Assembly: GCA_041671225.1 (NCBI GenBank) | Contig: JBAZBY010000001.1 | Location: forward strand, 109,963-173,962 | Direction of reading: 5' to 3' | Source of the DNA: Patescibacteria group bacterium | Lineage (GTDB): Bacteria > Patescibacteriota > Patescibacteriia > JBAZBY01 | DNA: 64,000 nucleotides | In this document: in pieces, positions 1 through 8,975 of the stretch | Position numbering within the stretch: the stretch's first letter is position 1 | Layout of the letters: every line of letters starts with the position of its first letter | Notes under the pieces: model-generated | Databases searched by the model: none | What the model saw: the letters and a program-made list of their open reading frames with translations, nothing else | What the model was told of the DNA's origin: nothing | Position numbers and translations under genes: made by a program

Positions 1-322
1 GTGGGTCAGAAAGAACAACAACATCACCGCGCTTCACATCATGAAGACGATAAGAGAGTCGATCGATAACGAGATATTCATTGTCATGAAATGTTGGCTC
101 CATCGATGCCCCTTTGACATAGTATGGTTGAACCAAAAAGTACCGCACCGGCACCACAATGGCCGCAGCAATAATAAGGACTTTAAGAATCTCTATGGTG
201 AATGAACCAAATGACTTCCAAAAACTTGGAAGTACATCGCCTTCTTCGCGGTCAATGCGATGCTGCCCCGATGGCGTGAATGGGATCTCTGGCTTCTTTT
301 GACTGTTATCGTCTTGTGGCAT
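1..322 (-). CDS. lepB: Signal peptidase I (partial; N-terminal part only, gene continues beyond window start)
   Basis: Minus-strand ATG at 320-322. The translation MPQDDNSQKKPEIPFTPSGQHRIDREEGDVLPSFWKSF...VRYFLVQPYYVKGASMEPTFHDNEYLVIDRLSY...RGDVVV carries the SPase I box B (SMxPT) and box C motifs after an N-terminal TM segment. The ORF runs off the window start. Confidence 0.75.
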   Translation of the reverse strand, partial: MPQDDNSQKKPEIPFTPSGQHRIDREEGDVLPSFWKSFGSFTIEILKVLIIAAAIVVPVRYFLVQPYYVKGASMEPTFHDNEYLVIDRLSYRLHDVKRGDVVVLSDP

Positions 323-351
323 AGAAAGTGATTATTCTCGCGAGCGAAGAC

Positions 352-428
352 TGGTGGGCGACTCAGGACTCGAACCTGAGACCTCTGTCGTGTGAGGACA
401 GCGCTCTAACCAGCTGAGCTAGTCGCCC
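352..428 (-). tRNA. tRNA-Val (anticodon CAC)
   Basis: The reverse complement folds as a 77-nt cloverleaf: acceptor GGGCGAC/GTCGCCC, D-arm GCTC-AGCTGGTTAG-GAGC, anticodon stem CTGTC/GACAG with loop CTCACAC, T-arm TCAGG-TTCGAGT-CCTGA, discriminator A, CCA. Confidence 0.85.
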
Positions 429-915
429 GCGCATCTAACAAAATCATTAGAAAAATGCGGAAAACAGGCACAGTGTACCACGTCAGGGACACGATTTCAA
501 GTACTGACCCATATACCACACAACACCTCCTCCCAGAGGTGCTGTGGGCTGCTGAGTACATTTTTGGTACTCTGCGGGGTTTGAGGAAGAGGAAAGGAAA
601 AGTGGGGAGGTATCGTATGCTGGTCTTCAATAAACAAGAATAACCGAGATACGGTAGAAGGCGGTGCCGGTTCAAAAAATCACCGCCATACGGTGAAGGA
701 ATATACAGAACCTATATCTATGATGCTTTTGTTCTGTTTTTCCTTTTTCCTTCCGCCATTATTGACGGAGGCTTCCGTTGTCTTTTTTCTGTTTCAAACG
801 TGCATTTTGTGGCCATATTTCTGGCTCACGAACACAGTATAGCGCATTTTAAGCAAAAAGTCAACCTCAAAAACACCAAACATTGCCAGTATGAGGCGTT
901 TTCCGTATACTGCAC

Positions 916-2352
916 ATGTTTATGCCACTAAAAAAACTGGATCTCACGCCACGCAAGGAGCCGATGAATCTTGCAAAGAAGGTGCTCCCCCACCACCACG
1001 AAAGCCGCATCCCACGGTTCTTCTTCCGTCCGGTATTTTTTGTGCTTGCCGGACTGTTGGTGAGTGCTCTAAGTATTTTTATTTGGACCCAATACCAGCC
1101 ATCGCGCATTTCTATCGGTGACAGTGAAAACCCTGGCTTTTTGACACAGCTCGGTCAGCTTATTACCAGCGGCGACCGCAAGCTCATCGGCGAGAGTGAA
1201 GACCGCGTTAATATATTACTCATGGGTATTGGTGGTGATGGGCATGATGGCGCATACCTTGCTGATACCATCATGGTTATTAGTCTGCGACCTTCCACAA
1301 AGCAAATCTCGATGCTCTCGATTCCGCGCGACCTTGCAGTACCGATCCTTGATTATGGTTACCGTAAAATAAATAATGCGCTCGCGTTCGGCCAAGCAGA
1401 GGGATACGAGGGCGGCGGTGAAAAATTACTCTCTGACGTGATCAGTGAAGTTTTTGATATTCCTATCCACTATTTTGCACGCGTTGACTTCCAGGGATTT
1501 GTTGATGTGATCGATCGTATTGGTGGTGTGACGATTGACGTGGAACGAAGCTTCACGGATTATCAATACCCCACCGATGACTACGGTTACCAAACCATAC
1601 GCTTCTCTGCTGGCACACAACGCATGGATGGGGCAACAGCGCTTGAATATGTTCGGTCGCGTCACGGTAATAACGGTGAAGGTTCTGACTTTGCACGCGC
1701 GACTCGCCAACAGAACGTACTCCAAGCAGCGAAGAATAAAATTCTTACGTTTGGCACATTACTGAATCCAACAAAAATTTCCGGCTTACTTGAAGCAATC
1801 AATAAGCACTACGTCTCAAATATTGAACTCTGGGAAATGGCGCGTATAGGGAATATCGCAAAAACATACGACACGGACAATATTATTACGTACGTCCTTG
1901 ATAACAGTGCTGAAGGATTCCTAAAAACAGAAATCGGCCTTAACGGCGCATATCTCCTTGTACCACGCGCTGGCGACTTTGAGGAACTCCAATTTCTTGC
2001 GAACAACATCTTTGATATCGGAGGAATCAAACAAGAAGACGCACTCGTTATGGTGCAAAATGGAACCACAACGCCCGGGCTTGCTGGTGCGGCATCAGAA
2101 GAAATTGCATCGTACGGTATTGAAACTCGCTTAATCCTTGAACGCGCGACAGACACGGGTACCACAACACTCTATGACTTCACAAATGGTGCGGCACAAG
2201 AAACGAGTGCAATCATCGTGGAACATTTTGGCGCAACAGTAAAAACAGGCACCCAAGAAATGCGTGATGCACTACTCCTCAGCGAACAGGAAGCGCCAGA
2301 CTTTTTACTGATCATGGGGCAAGACCAGGTCACTCCGCAACATATCTCCTAA
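916..2352 (+). CDS. LytR-CpsA-Psr (LCP) family cell-envelope attachment protein
   Basis: 478 aa with an N-terminal TM segment. LCP-domain motifs are present (NILLMGIGGDGHDGAYLADTIMVISL, SIPRDL, DFQGF). Confidence 0.8.
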   Translation: MFMPLKKLDLTPRKEPMNLAKKVLPHHHESRIPRFFFRPVFFVLAGLLVSALSIFIWTQYQPSRISIGDSENPGFLTQLGQLITSGDRKLIGESEDRVNILLMGIGGDGHDGAYLADTIMVISLRPSTKQISMLSIPRDLAVPILDYGYRKINNALAFGQAEGYEGGGEKLLSDVISEVFDIPIHYFARVDFQGFVDVIDRIGGVTIDVERSFTDYQYPTDDYGYQTIRFSAGTQRMDGATALEYVRSRHGNNGEGSDFARATRQQNVLQAAKNKILTFGTLLNPTKISGLLEAINKHYVSNIELWEMARIGNIAKTYDTDNIITYVLDNSAEGFLKTEIGLNGAYLLVPRAGDFEELQFLANNIFDIGGIKQEDALVMVQNGTTTPGLAGAASEEIASYGIETRLILERATDTGTTTLYDFTNGAAQETSAIIVEHFGATVKTGTQEMRDALLLSEQEAPDFLLIMGQDQVTPQHIS

Positions 2353-2356
2353 GGCT

Positions 2357-3640
2357 ATGACAACGCATCCGACCCTTGCGCTGGTAGGGAAAACGAACGT
2401 CGGAAAGTCCACCTTGGTCAACCGCATTTCAGAACAGCGCAGTGCATTCACCAGTGCCACACCGCACACAACCCGAGACCGTACACGGGTATTTTTTGTA
2501 TGGCGTGGCCTCGAGGCGATTATCTCTGATACTGCCGGCTTTAACCTCGAAGCCCATCATCCGCTGCAAAAATCCACGCGTATTTTAATTCAAAAAGCAA
2601 TGGAAACGGCAGATGTGATAGGATTTGTCGTGGACGGACGCGAGGGTATTACTGTAGAAGATCGTTCCTTTGTGAAGGAACTCCGTAAAACAAAAAAACC
2701 CGTGATCCTTATCGTGAATAAGGTTGATAATTCACGTGTAGCAATGAAATTGGATGATTCTTTGCATCGTCTTGGTTTTAAGGACGTTGCATATGTTTCT
2801 GCTGCAAATGGCAGCGGCGTTGGCGACCTATTGGATATGTTCTTTGATAAAGTAGAAACGCCGCCGGATGCTGAAAAAAAGGGAAACGAACCGCGCGTTA
2901 TTCTTGTAGGCCAAACCAACGCGGGTAAATCATCGCTCGCAAATGCCATGCTCGGCAGTGATGAAATTCTCACCAGCTCGCAGCCACATACCACGCGCGA
3001 TGCGCAGCGCCACTCACTCTCAAACAAAGGAATACGACTTGAACTTATCGATACCGCCGGCCTCTCAAGAAGTAAACAGACGGGTATTGAAGAGCTCACC
3101 CAGCGAGAAAGTCGCCTCCTTCTTCGTGACGCGCAGGTAGGCTGTCTCGTTCTTGATGCAAATGCAGAAATCACTGTGGAGGATCGCCGAATCACGCGTC
3201 TCATTGAGCAGGCGAACATTGCGCGTATGCTCATCATCAATAAAATGGATCTGATCGAAGATCGCCCCAGAAAAGAAGATAGCATACTGCGCCAACTCCC
3301 TGGCTTCCGTGGCGCACCTCACATCTGGGTCTCTGCAAAGACAGGTCGTAATGTTAAAAAGATCCTTCCGATGTTCACAGAACTCTTAGAACGATATAAC
3401 TTCATGCTGCCAGAAGAGGAACTTACAGAACTGAACAGCGAACTCTTCAACTCCACCACGTGGCAAAAACTCAAGTTTGAGTATATTGAACAAGATGCGA
3501 GTCGACCGCCAAAGTTTCGCATACGCTACAGAGGAAGAGTGTCGCCGCCAGAGGCAAAGCTCGATCATCTTTCCAAACAATTGCAAGAACGCTATAGCCT
3601 AGAAGGCGTACCCGTCATCATTACGACAAGTCGAAGATGA
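2357..3640 (+). CDS. der: Ribosome-biogenesis GTPase Der/EngA (two GTPase domains plus KH-like C-terminus)
   Basis: Two P-loops (GKTNVGKST and GQTNAGKSS) and two DTAG motifs. The tandem GTPase architecture is typical of EngA. Confidence 0.85.
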   Translation: MTTHPTLALVGKTNVGKSTLVNRISEQRSAFTSATPHTTRDRTRVFFVWRGLEAIISDTAGFNLEAHHPLQKSTRILIQKAMETADVIGFVVDGREGITVEDRSFVKELRKTKKPVILIVNKVDNSRVAMKLDDSLHRLGFKDVAYVSAANGSGVGDLLDMFFDKVETPPDAEKKGNEPRVILVGQTNAGKSSLANAMLGSDEILTSSQPHTTRDAQRHSLSNKGIRLELIDTAGLSRSKQTGIEELTQRESRLLLRDAQVGCLVLDANAEITVEDRRITRLIEQANIARMLIINKMDLIEDRPRKEDSILRQLPGFRGAPHIWVSAKTGRNVKKILPMFTELLERYNFMLPEEELTELNSELFNSTTWQKLKFEYIEQDASRPPKFRIRYRGRVSPPEAKLDHLSKQLQERYSLEGVPVIITTSRR

Positions 3641-4188
3641 AACTCATCGTGGGACTTGGAAATCCCGGAAAGGAATACGAACATACCCGTCATAACATCG
3701 GGTTTCGCGTGGTAGATATTGTGCAAGAAAAACTCCATGCACCGGACTGGGATGAAAAGCCTATGTTCAAAGCATGGGTGTCGCGTGAAAAAGATATTCT
3801 CCTCGCAAAACCCACCACCTACATGAATAACTCCGGCGACGCAATCCGCCTTCTTACGAAGCACCATCGCCTTACCCCTGAGGATGTACTCATCGTCTAC
3901 GATGAAATCGATATTGTATTCGGGAAGCTCCGCATCCGGAGTCAAGGCTCTGCGGCAGGACACAATGGCGTTGCATCCATACTGAAAGCACTAGGGACTG
4001 ACGAGGTGCGTCGCTTCCGTTTTGGCATTGGTCCAAAGATGCCGGAGCAAAAGCCGGCAGAGGATTTTGTCTTAGAACGCTTTACTGATGAACAAGAGAA
4101 TGTATTAAAAAAGACTCTCCCGACCGCTGCGGACGCCATTCTGAACAATCTCTCCGACGGTAGCGAAGAAACTATACATTTGCTCTAA
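3637..4188 (+). CDS. pth: Peptidyl-tRNA hydrolase
   Basis: N-terminus MKLIVGLGNPGKEYEHTRHNIGF and a GHNG motif. Its 4-nt overlap with der and the pth-mfd synteny support the call. Confidence 0.9.
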   Translation: MKLIVGLGNPGKEYEHTRHNIGFRVVDIVQEKLHAPDWDEKPMFKAWVSREKDILLAKPTTYMNNSGDAIRLLTKHHRLTPEDVLIVYDEIDIVFGKLRIRSQGSAAGHNGVASILKALGTDEVRRFRFGIGPKMPEQKPAEDFVLERFTDEQENVLKKTLPTAADAILNNLSDGSEETIHLL

Positions 4189-4190
4189 AA

Positions 4191-4321
4191 AAATCCCCTG
4201 GAAAGACCTATTTACAAGCGTCAGAACGATACAGAAGCATCGTATCCAAGCTTGTAGCTACTGACGCTTGAGGAGGGGTCAGCGTTTTCGCTGCTTGTAA
4301 ATAGGTCTCTCAAAGGGATTT
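4191..4321. repeat. MITE-like element: ~29-bp imperfect terminal inverted repeats flanking a ~75-bp structured core
   Basis: Left arm AAATCCCCTGGAAAGACCTATTTACAAGC (4191-4219) is the near reverse complement of right arm GCTTGTAAATAGGTCTCTCAAAGGGATTT (4292-4321). Inner hairpins are CGTCAG...CTGACG and GATAC...GTATC. It lies in the 211-bp pth-mfd intergenic region. Confidence 0.5.
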
Positions 4322-4399
4322 ACCTGAAAATGAACGGCTAACTACCTTAGCAAAGCCATTGCTTTTGCGTCAATATTTTGTGTAAAGACCCCGTATTCA

Positions 4400-7300
4400 T
4401 TGACAATCACCAAAAGAAGCGCTACAATGCTTACTGTGAATAAACGCCCATCCCGGAGCGCAGGACTGCTCGGGGAGCTTGAAGGCAGTGTTTGGAATCG
4501 CCGAGTGCTCCCCTTAAAATCAGTTGGGCCAGAAACCGCGCAGGGATTTGTCATCCAAGAACTTGCTCATCGATTACCTGATGAATCGACGCTTTTTGTC
4601 GTGGCAAAAGACCCAAAGGATGCCGCAACATGGAATGAGATCCTCAGTTTGTTCAATGTACCGACCACGCTCTACCTTACGGCGGAGGAACTTTTTGCCG
4701 CACTCGCAAATAACGTAAAGCGGCGCGTGATTATTCTTCCTGCTGAAACACTGTTACAACCTCTTCCGAGAGACAAGCGCAAGGTGACCATTGAGCTCAC
4801 CAAAAATACACCAATAAAGCCAGGCGACCTTTGTGCGTGGCTTGTCGAGCACGGTTATAGATTTGAAAAAGCAGCGGATCTCCCAAAAAGTTTTGCGCGG
4901 CGTGGTGGCATTGTTGATTGTTACATTCCAGGACGCCATGACACTATTCGTATTGAATTCTCAGGTAACACTATTGAAGACATCACCACCTTTGTTCCAC
5001 ACAATAAAACAAAACCAATAAAACTTGAACGGATAATGATCACCGCCGCGGATCTTCCGCCGGATGGTGCCGATACCCTCCTCTCATATATTTCTAAAGA
5101 TGAACGCAAAAGTCTGCTGATCTTTAGGGACAGCGATGAATTCGCACATACACTGCCGGGCTGGAACAAACTTGAAAGTAAGCTCGAGGAATACACACAG
5201 ATGCACTTTGAAACCATCAGCACCATGGAAAACGCCGATGCACTCAATGCAAAAGCTCTGCCTATTCTTCCAAAGCACTGGGATCAGATAGCGGAATTTC
5301 TCAAGGAACAAAAAAACAGTACGACCATCATCCTCACAAAAAACCAAAAACGCCTGAAGGGATTCCTTAAAGAATACGGGCTCGCGGGGGCTGTAAAAGA
5401 AATACATACACGAACACATTCCACATCATATCAAGGCTTCATCTCAGAGACACTCGGGGTTTTGATCGTGACTGACCGCGACCTCTTTGGGATTGAACAA
5501 ACAACAGAAGAAGGCCTGCCACGAAGCGGAGCATTGGACAAGCTGTGGGTTGCAACGCTCAATGAAGGTTCTTTTGTGGTGCATCTGGATCACGGCATCG
5601 GTCGCTTTACCGGAACCACGGTGCAAAAGGTGGGAGATGTAGAACGGGAATACTTTGTTTTGGAATACGCAGAAGGCGACAAACTCTTTGTGCCGGTGGA
5701 ACTTGCGGATAAACTTTCCAAATATATCGGTGTCCCAAATCCATCGATGACCCGTCTTTCTGGCGGTAATTGGAAAGAAGTCACAGAAAAAGTAAAGCAG
5801 GATACCCTCGCCATTGCGAAGGAACTTCTTTCTGTTGCAGCAGAACGTGAGCGAGCCAAAGCGCCGATCCTTAAAGGTGAAGGCGCAGAGGATGAAGCAA
5901 AACTTGAAGACAGCTTTCCGTATGAAGAAACGCCAGACCAGGGTCAAGCTATCCACGAAGTAGCATATGACCTTGAGCAGACAACACCAATGGATAGGCT
6001 TATTTGTGGCGACGTTGGTTTTGGGAAAACAGAAGTTGCCATTCGCGCAGCCTTTAAAGCCGCTGCGAACGGTTACCAGGTTGCGGTGCTCTCTCCCACT
6101 ACCATTCTTGCGCAGCAACACTTTGATACATTCGTCGAACGCCTTGAAGCGTTTGATGTGAAAGTCGATCTCCTTTCGCGTTTCCGATCGGCAAAATCAC
6201 AGCAACGCGTGTTGGCCAGCGTACGAAGCGGTGACGTTGATATTGTGATTGGCACGCATCGTCTTCTTTCAGACGATGTTCACTTCAAAAAAATCGGTCT
6301 CCTTATCATTGACGAGGAGCAGCGCTTTGGCGTTCAGGCAAAAGAATATCTTAAAAGATTGCGCAAAGAAGTGCATGTACTCTCACTTTCTGCAACGCCA
6401 ATCCCCCGTACGCTGCATCTTTCGCTTTCTGGACTTCGTGACCTTTCCATCATCAAAACGCCTCCTGCGGGACGCAAGCCGATCACCACGCACATTGCGC
6501 CATATAGCACCGGACAAATCAAAAGGATTATTGAAAAAGAAATCGAACGCGGCGGGCAAGCGTATTATGTCTACAACAAAGTAGAGACCATCATTCCAAA
6601 AATGAAGGAGCTCAAAAAATTAGTGCCGCAGGCGCGCTTTGGTATTGCACATGGACAGCTTGCAGAAATCGATCTTGCGAAGGCAATGTCCTCTTTTGAC
6701 CACGGTGACATTGATGTCCTTATTGCTTCAACGATCATTGAAAACGGACTCGACCTGCCGAATGTGAATACGATGATCGTGGAAGATGCACCGAACTTTG
6801 GGCTCGCACAACTCTATCAGCTACGCGGTCGTATTGGACGCGGTGACCGCGATGCCTTTGCATACTTCTTCTATCATGAACAAAAGCTTGCACCAGACGC
6901 GCGCAAGCGCCTTTCTGCACTTATGGAAGCAGAACGACTCGGCTCTGGCATTGACCTCGCTATGCGGGATATGGAAATTCGCGGAATCGGCAACATTCTT
7001 GGCAAGGCACAACATGGACGCGCTCAGGCGATTGGACTTGCGCTTTATTCTCGCCTCCTCAAACAAGCTATTCAAGAAATGCGCGGGCAAGACGTTACCC
7101 CGCTTTCTGAAGTGGATATAGACCTCCCAATCTCCATCGGCATTCCCAAAAATATTGTGTATGAAGAAACAGACCGTCTGCGTCTTTACCAAGAACTTGC
7201 AAATGAAGAAGAGGTTGATAGCCTTCACAAAAAAGCACAGCGTGAATTCCGTGAGCCATTTGCCGAGCCGATCACAAACCTCATCTATGCGCTGGAATGC

Positions 7301-7597
7301 AAAATCGTCTCCCGCACCGCGCAGATCAAATCCATCACAACAGAAAGTCCTGTCTCCGGAAAGCGTTTTGTGGTCGTTGCGCGCGACCAATTTGGCCCTG
7401 AGGCGATGGGTATCTTTATTAAACAACCAGAACTGTGGGACATCACCAATGAACGCGCAAAGATCTCTATGGAGGCGCTCGGCGACAACTGGAAGAAAAA
7501 GCTTCTTAAGATTCTGAGACAGCTAACGAATCTTTATGCTATGCAGGCAAACGCAAAGTCCGCCTCCGCTAAAGCTTCGGCGGATAAAAAGGATTGA
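4400..7597 (+). CDS. mfd: Transcription-repair coupling factor Mfd
   Basis: 1065 aa. It has the RecG-like helicase motifs GDVGFGKTEVAIRAA, DEEQRFGV and SATPIPRT, plus a TRCF C-terminal domain. Confidence 0.9.
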   Translation: MTITKRSATMLTVNKRPSRSAGLLGELEGSVWNRRVLPLKSVGPETAQGFVIQELAHRLPDESTLFVVAKDPKDAATWNEILSLFNVPTTLYLTAEELFAALANNVKRRVIILPAETLLQPLPRDKRKVTIELTKNTPIKPGDLCAWLVEHGYRFEKAADLPKSFARRGGIVDCYIPGRHDTIRIEFSGNTIEDITTFVPHNKTKPIKLERIMITAADLPPDGADTLLSYISKDERKSLLIFRDSDEFAHTLPGWNKLESKLEEYTQMHFETISTMENADALNAKALPILPKHWDQIAEFLKEQKNSTTIILTKNQKRLKGFLKEYGLAGAVKEIHTRTHSTSYQGFISETLGVLIVTDRDLFGIEQTTEEGLPRSGALDKLWVATLNEGSFVVHLDHGIGRFTGTTVQKVGDVEREYFVLEYAEGDKLFVPVELADKLSKYIGVPNPSMTRLSGGNWKEVTEKVKQDTLAIAKELLSVAAERERAKAPILKGEGAEDEAKLEDSFPYEETPDQGQAIHEVAYDLEQTTPMDRLICGDVGFGKTEVAIRAAFKAAANGYQVAVLSPTTILAQQHFDTFVERLEAFDVKVDLLSRFRSAKSQQRVLASVRSGDVDIVIGTHRLLSDDVHFKKIGLLIIDEEQRFGVQAKEYLKRLRKEVHVLSLSATPIPRTLHLSLSGLRDLSIIKTPPAGRKPITTHIAPYSTGQIKRIIEKEIERGGQAYYVYNKVETIIPKMKELKKLVPQARFGIAHGQLAEIDLAKAMSSFDHGDIDVLIASTIIENGLDLPNVNTMIVEDAPNFGLAQLYQLRGRIGRGDRDAFAYFFYHEQKLAPDARKRLSALMEAERLGSGIDLAMRDMEIRGIGNILGKAQHGRAQAIGLALYSRLLKQAIQEMRGQDVTPLSEVDIDLPISIGIPKNIVYEETDRLRLYQELANEEEVDSLHKKAQREFREPFAEPITNLIYALECKIVSRTAQIKSITTESPVSGKRFVVVARDQFGPEAMGIFIKQPELWDITNERAKISMEALGDNWKKKLLKILRQLTNLYAMQANAKSASAKASADKKD

Positions 7598-7640
7598 CGA
7601 AGGCTGCAGAGTCTGGTAGGTTGGGTGTAAGAGATTCATG

Positions 7641-7670
7641 AGTGGCGAGAAGCCGCTCATTTTTATGTAA
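7641..7670 (+). terminator. Rho-independent terminator downstream of mfd
   Basis: Hairpin ATGAGTGGC-GAGAA-GCCGCTCAT followed by TTTTAT. Confidence 0.5.
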
Positions 7671-7671
7671 A

Positions 7672-7716
7672 AAAAATTTGAGGGCCGCGGACGTACTGGA
7701 CGTCTGGGCCCTCAGG
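7672..7716 (-). terminator. Rho-independent terminator for the small minus-strand gene 7734-8015
   Basis: The GAGGGCCGCGGACG...CGTCTGGGCCCTC hairpin is followed, on the minus strand, by a T-run (the A-run at 7672-7680 on the + strand). Confidence 0.55.
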
Positions 7717-7733
7717 AAGCATGGGGGTTGGCC

Positions 7734-8015
7734 TCAGAAGAGACCAAGTTGGGCGGGAGGAAGAGCCTTAGCGGGCTCCGGCGGAGTTTGGGATTTTTCC
7801 CGTTCGGCATTAAGCGCGATATTCGCCGCTCTTATCGCCGTGTCAAATACATCCTGCGGAAGGTACACGCGGCGATGCTTCTCATCCTCCGCATAACCCT
7901 TTCGCATCTGATGTCCAGCCTGTCTGGTGAACACCAGATATTGACCGACGGTGAGGATAATTTCGAATGTGTCCTCACCAATACTACCGTGCGTTTCGAG
8001 AATTTCCACTTTCAT
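7734..8015 (-). CDS. Hypothetical small protein (93 aa)
   Basis: ATG with RBS AGGAGAG 7 nt upstream and its own terminator. Protein MKVEILETHGSIGEDTFEIILTVGQYLVFTRQAGHQMRKGYAEDEKHRRVYLPQDVFDTAIRAANIALNAEREKSQTPPEPAKALPPAQLGLF; no confident family assignment. Confidence 0.55.
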   Translation of the reverse strand: MKVEILETHGSIGEDTFEIILTVGQYLVFTRQAGHQMRKGYAEDEKHRRVYLPQDVFDTAIRAANIALNAEREKSQTPPEPAKALPPAQLGLF

Positions 8016-8100
8016 GGATCTCTCCTTTCGTGTGAGGACATTGTTGGTGGAAGGTGCGGCCTGACTCAAAATCAAAGAATCCTACCATTAATCTACCAAA

Positions 8101-8958
8101 ATGTCAATAAAACTTACAAGAACAAACGCACAATATCCTTCAGTGCTGCATGAATTAGCAGATCCCCCTGCCCAGATCTTTGCAAAAGGGAATAAAAACC
8201 TTCTTAACGGCTCACCCGTGCTTGCCGTTATCGGTGCGCGCAATATGACGCCGTACGGACGATCTGCAATAGAAAAACTTATCCCGCCCCTCGCAAAAAG
8301 CGGGGTGATTATTCTCTCTGGACTCGCCATTGGGTGCGATGGTCTCGCGCACGAGGTCGCTCTTGCAGAAGGTGGAAAATGCATCGGCGTTTTGCCTGTG
8401 AGTCTTGACAAGATGTACCCAAGACGGCACACTCCGCTATCAGAAGCTCTTCTCAAAGCGAACGGCCTTCTCATTTCTGAATATCCTGACGGCACAGAAG
8501 GTCCCTACGCGCATCATTTTCTTGCACGAAACCGCATTATTGCCGCACTTGCAGATGTATTGCTTATCGTGGAAGCAGCTGCGCGTTCTGGAACGCTTTC
8601 CACCGCACGGCACGCGTTGGATCTCGGAAAAGACGTGGCCGCCATTCCTGGTCGCATCATGGATGAATCCTCAATAGGAACGAACCGACTGTTGCAGCGA
8701 GGCGCACACCTCATTACCACAGCGCAAGACCTTGCTGATCTGCTTGCGATAACACTGCAACAACAGCTTCCCGTGCCACAAAATCCGCATACTGAAGATG
8801 AGAAAAAAGTGCTTCAAGCGCTCACTGAAAAGTCATGCACAGTTGACCAGCTCGTTTCTATGGGTACAATGGACACCAGCGCTGTGCTCGCAGCTCTTTC
8901 GGGTCTTGAAATGTCTGGACATATTTATACAACCGACGGTTTCTATTCTATAAGCTAA
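8101..8958 (+). CDS. dprA: DNA-processing protein DprA (Smf)
   Basis: Rossmann-like DprA core (VIGARNMTPYG, SGLAIGCDGLAHEVAL, ARNRIIAALADVLLIVEA) and a C-terminal winged-helix-like tail. Confidence 0.85.
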   Translation: MSIKLTRTNAQYPSVLHELADPPAQIFAKGNKNLLNGSPVLAVIGARNMTPYGRSAIEKLIPPLAKSGVIILSGLAIGCDGLAHEVALAEGGKCIGVLPVSLDKMYPRRHTPLSEALLKANGLLISEYPDGTEGPYAHHFLARNRIIAALADVLLIVEAAARSGTLSTARHALDLGKDVAAIPGRIMDESSIGTNRLLQRGAHLITTAQDLADLLAITLQQQLPVPQNPHTEDEKKVLQALTEKSCTVDQLVSMGTMDTSAVLAALSGLEMSGHIYTTDGFYSIS

Positions 8959-8975
8959 CACAACGCCACTCCCGT

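Noticed and set aside
406-675. ORFs 406-675 (-) and 455-643 (+) of 89 and 62 aa
   Set aside because: They overlap tRNA-Val (352-428) and the lepB upstream region; they have no RBS and a low-complexity composition, so they are spurious.
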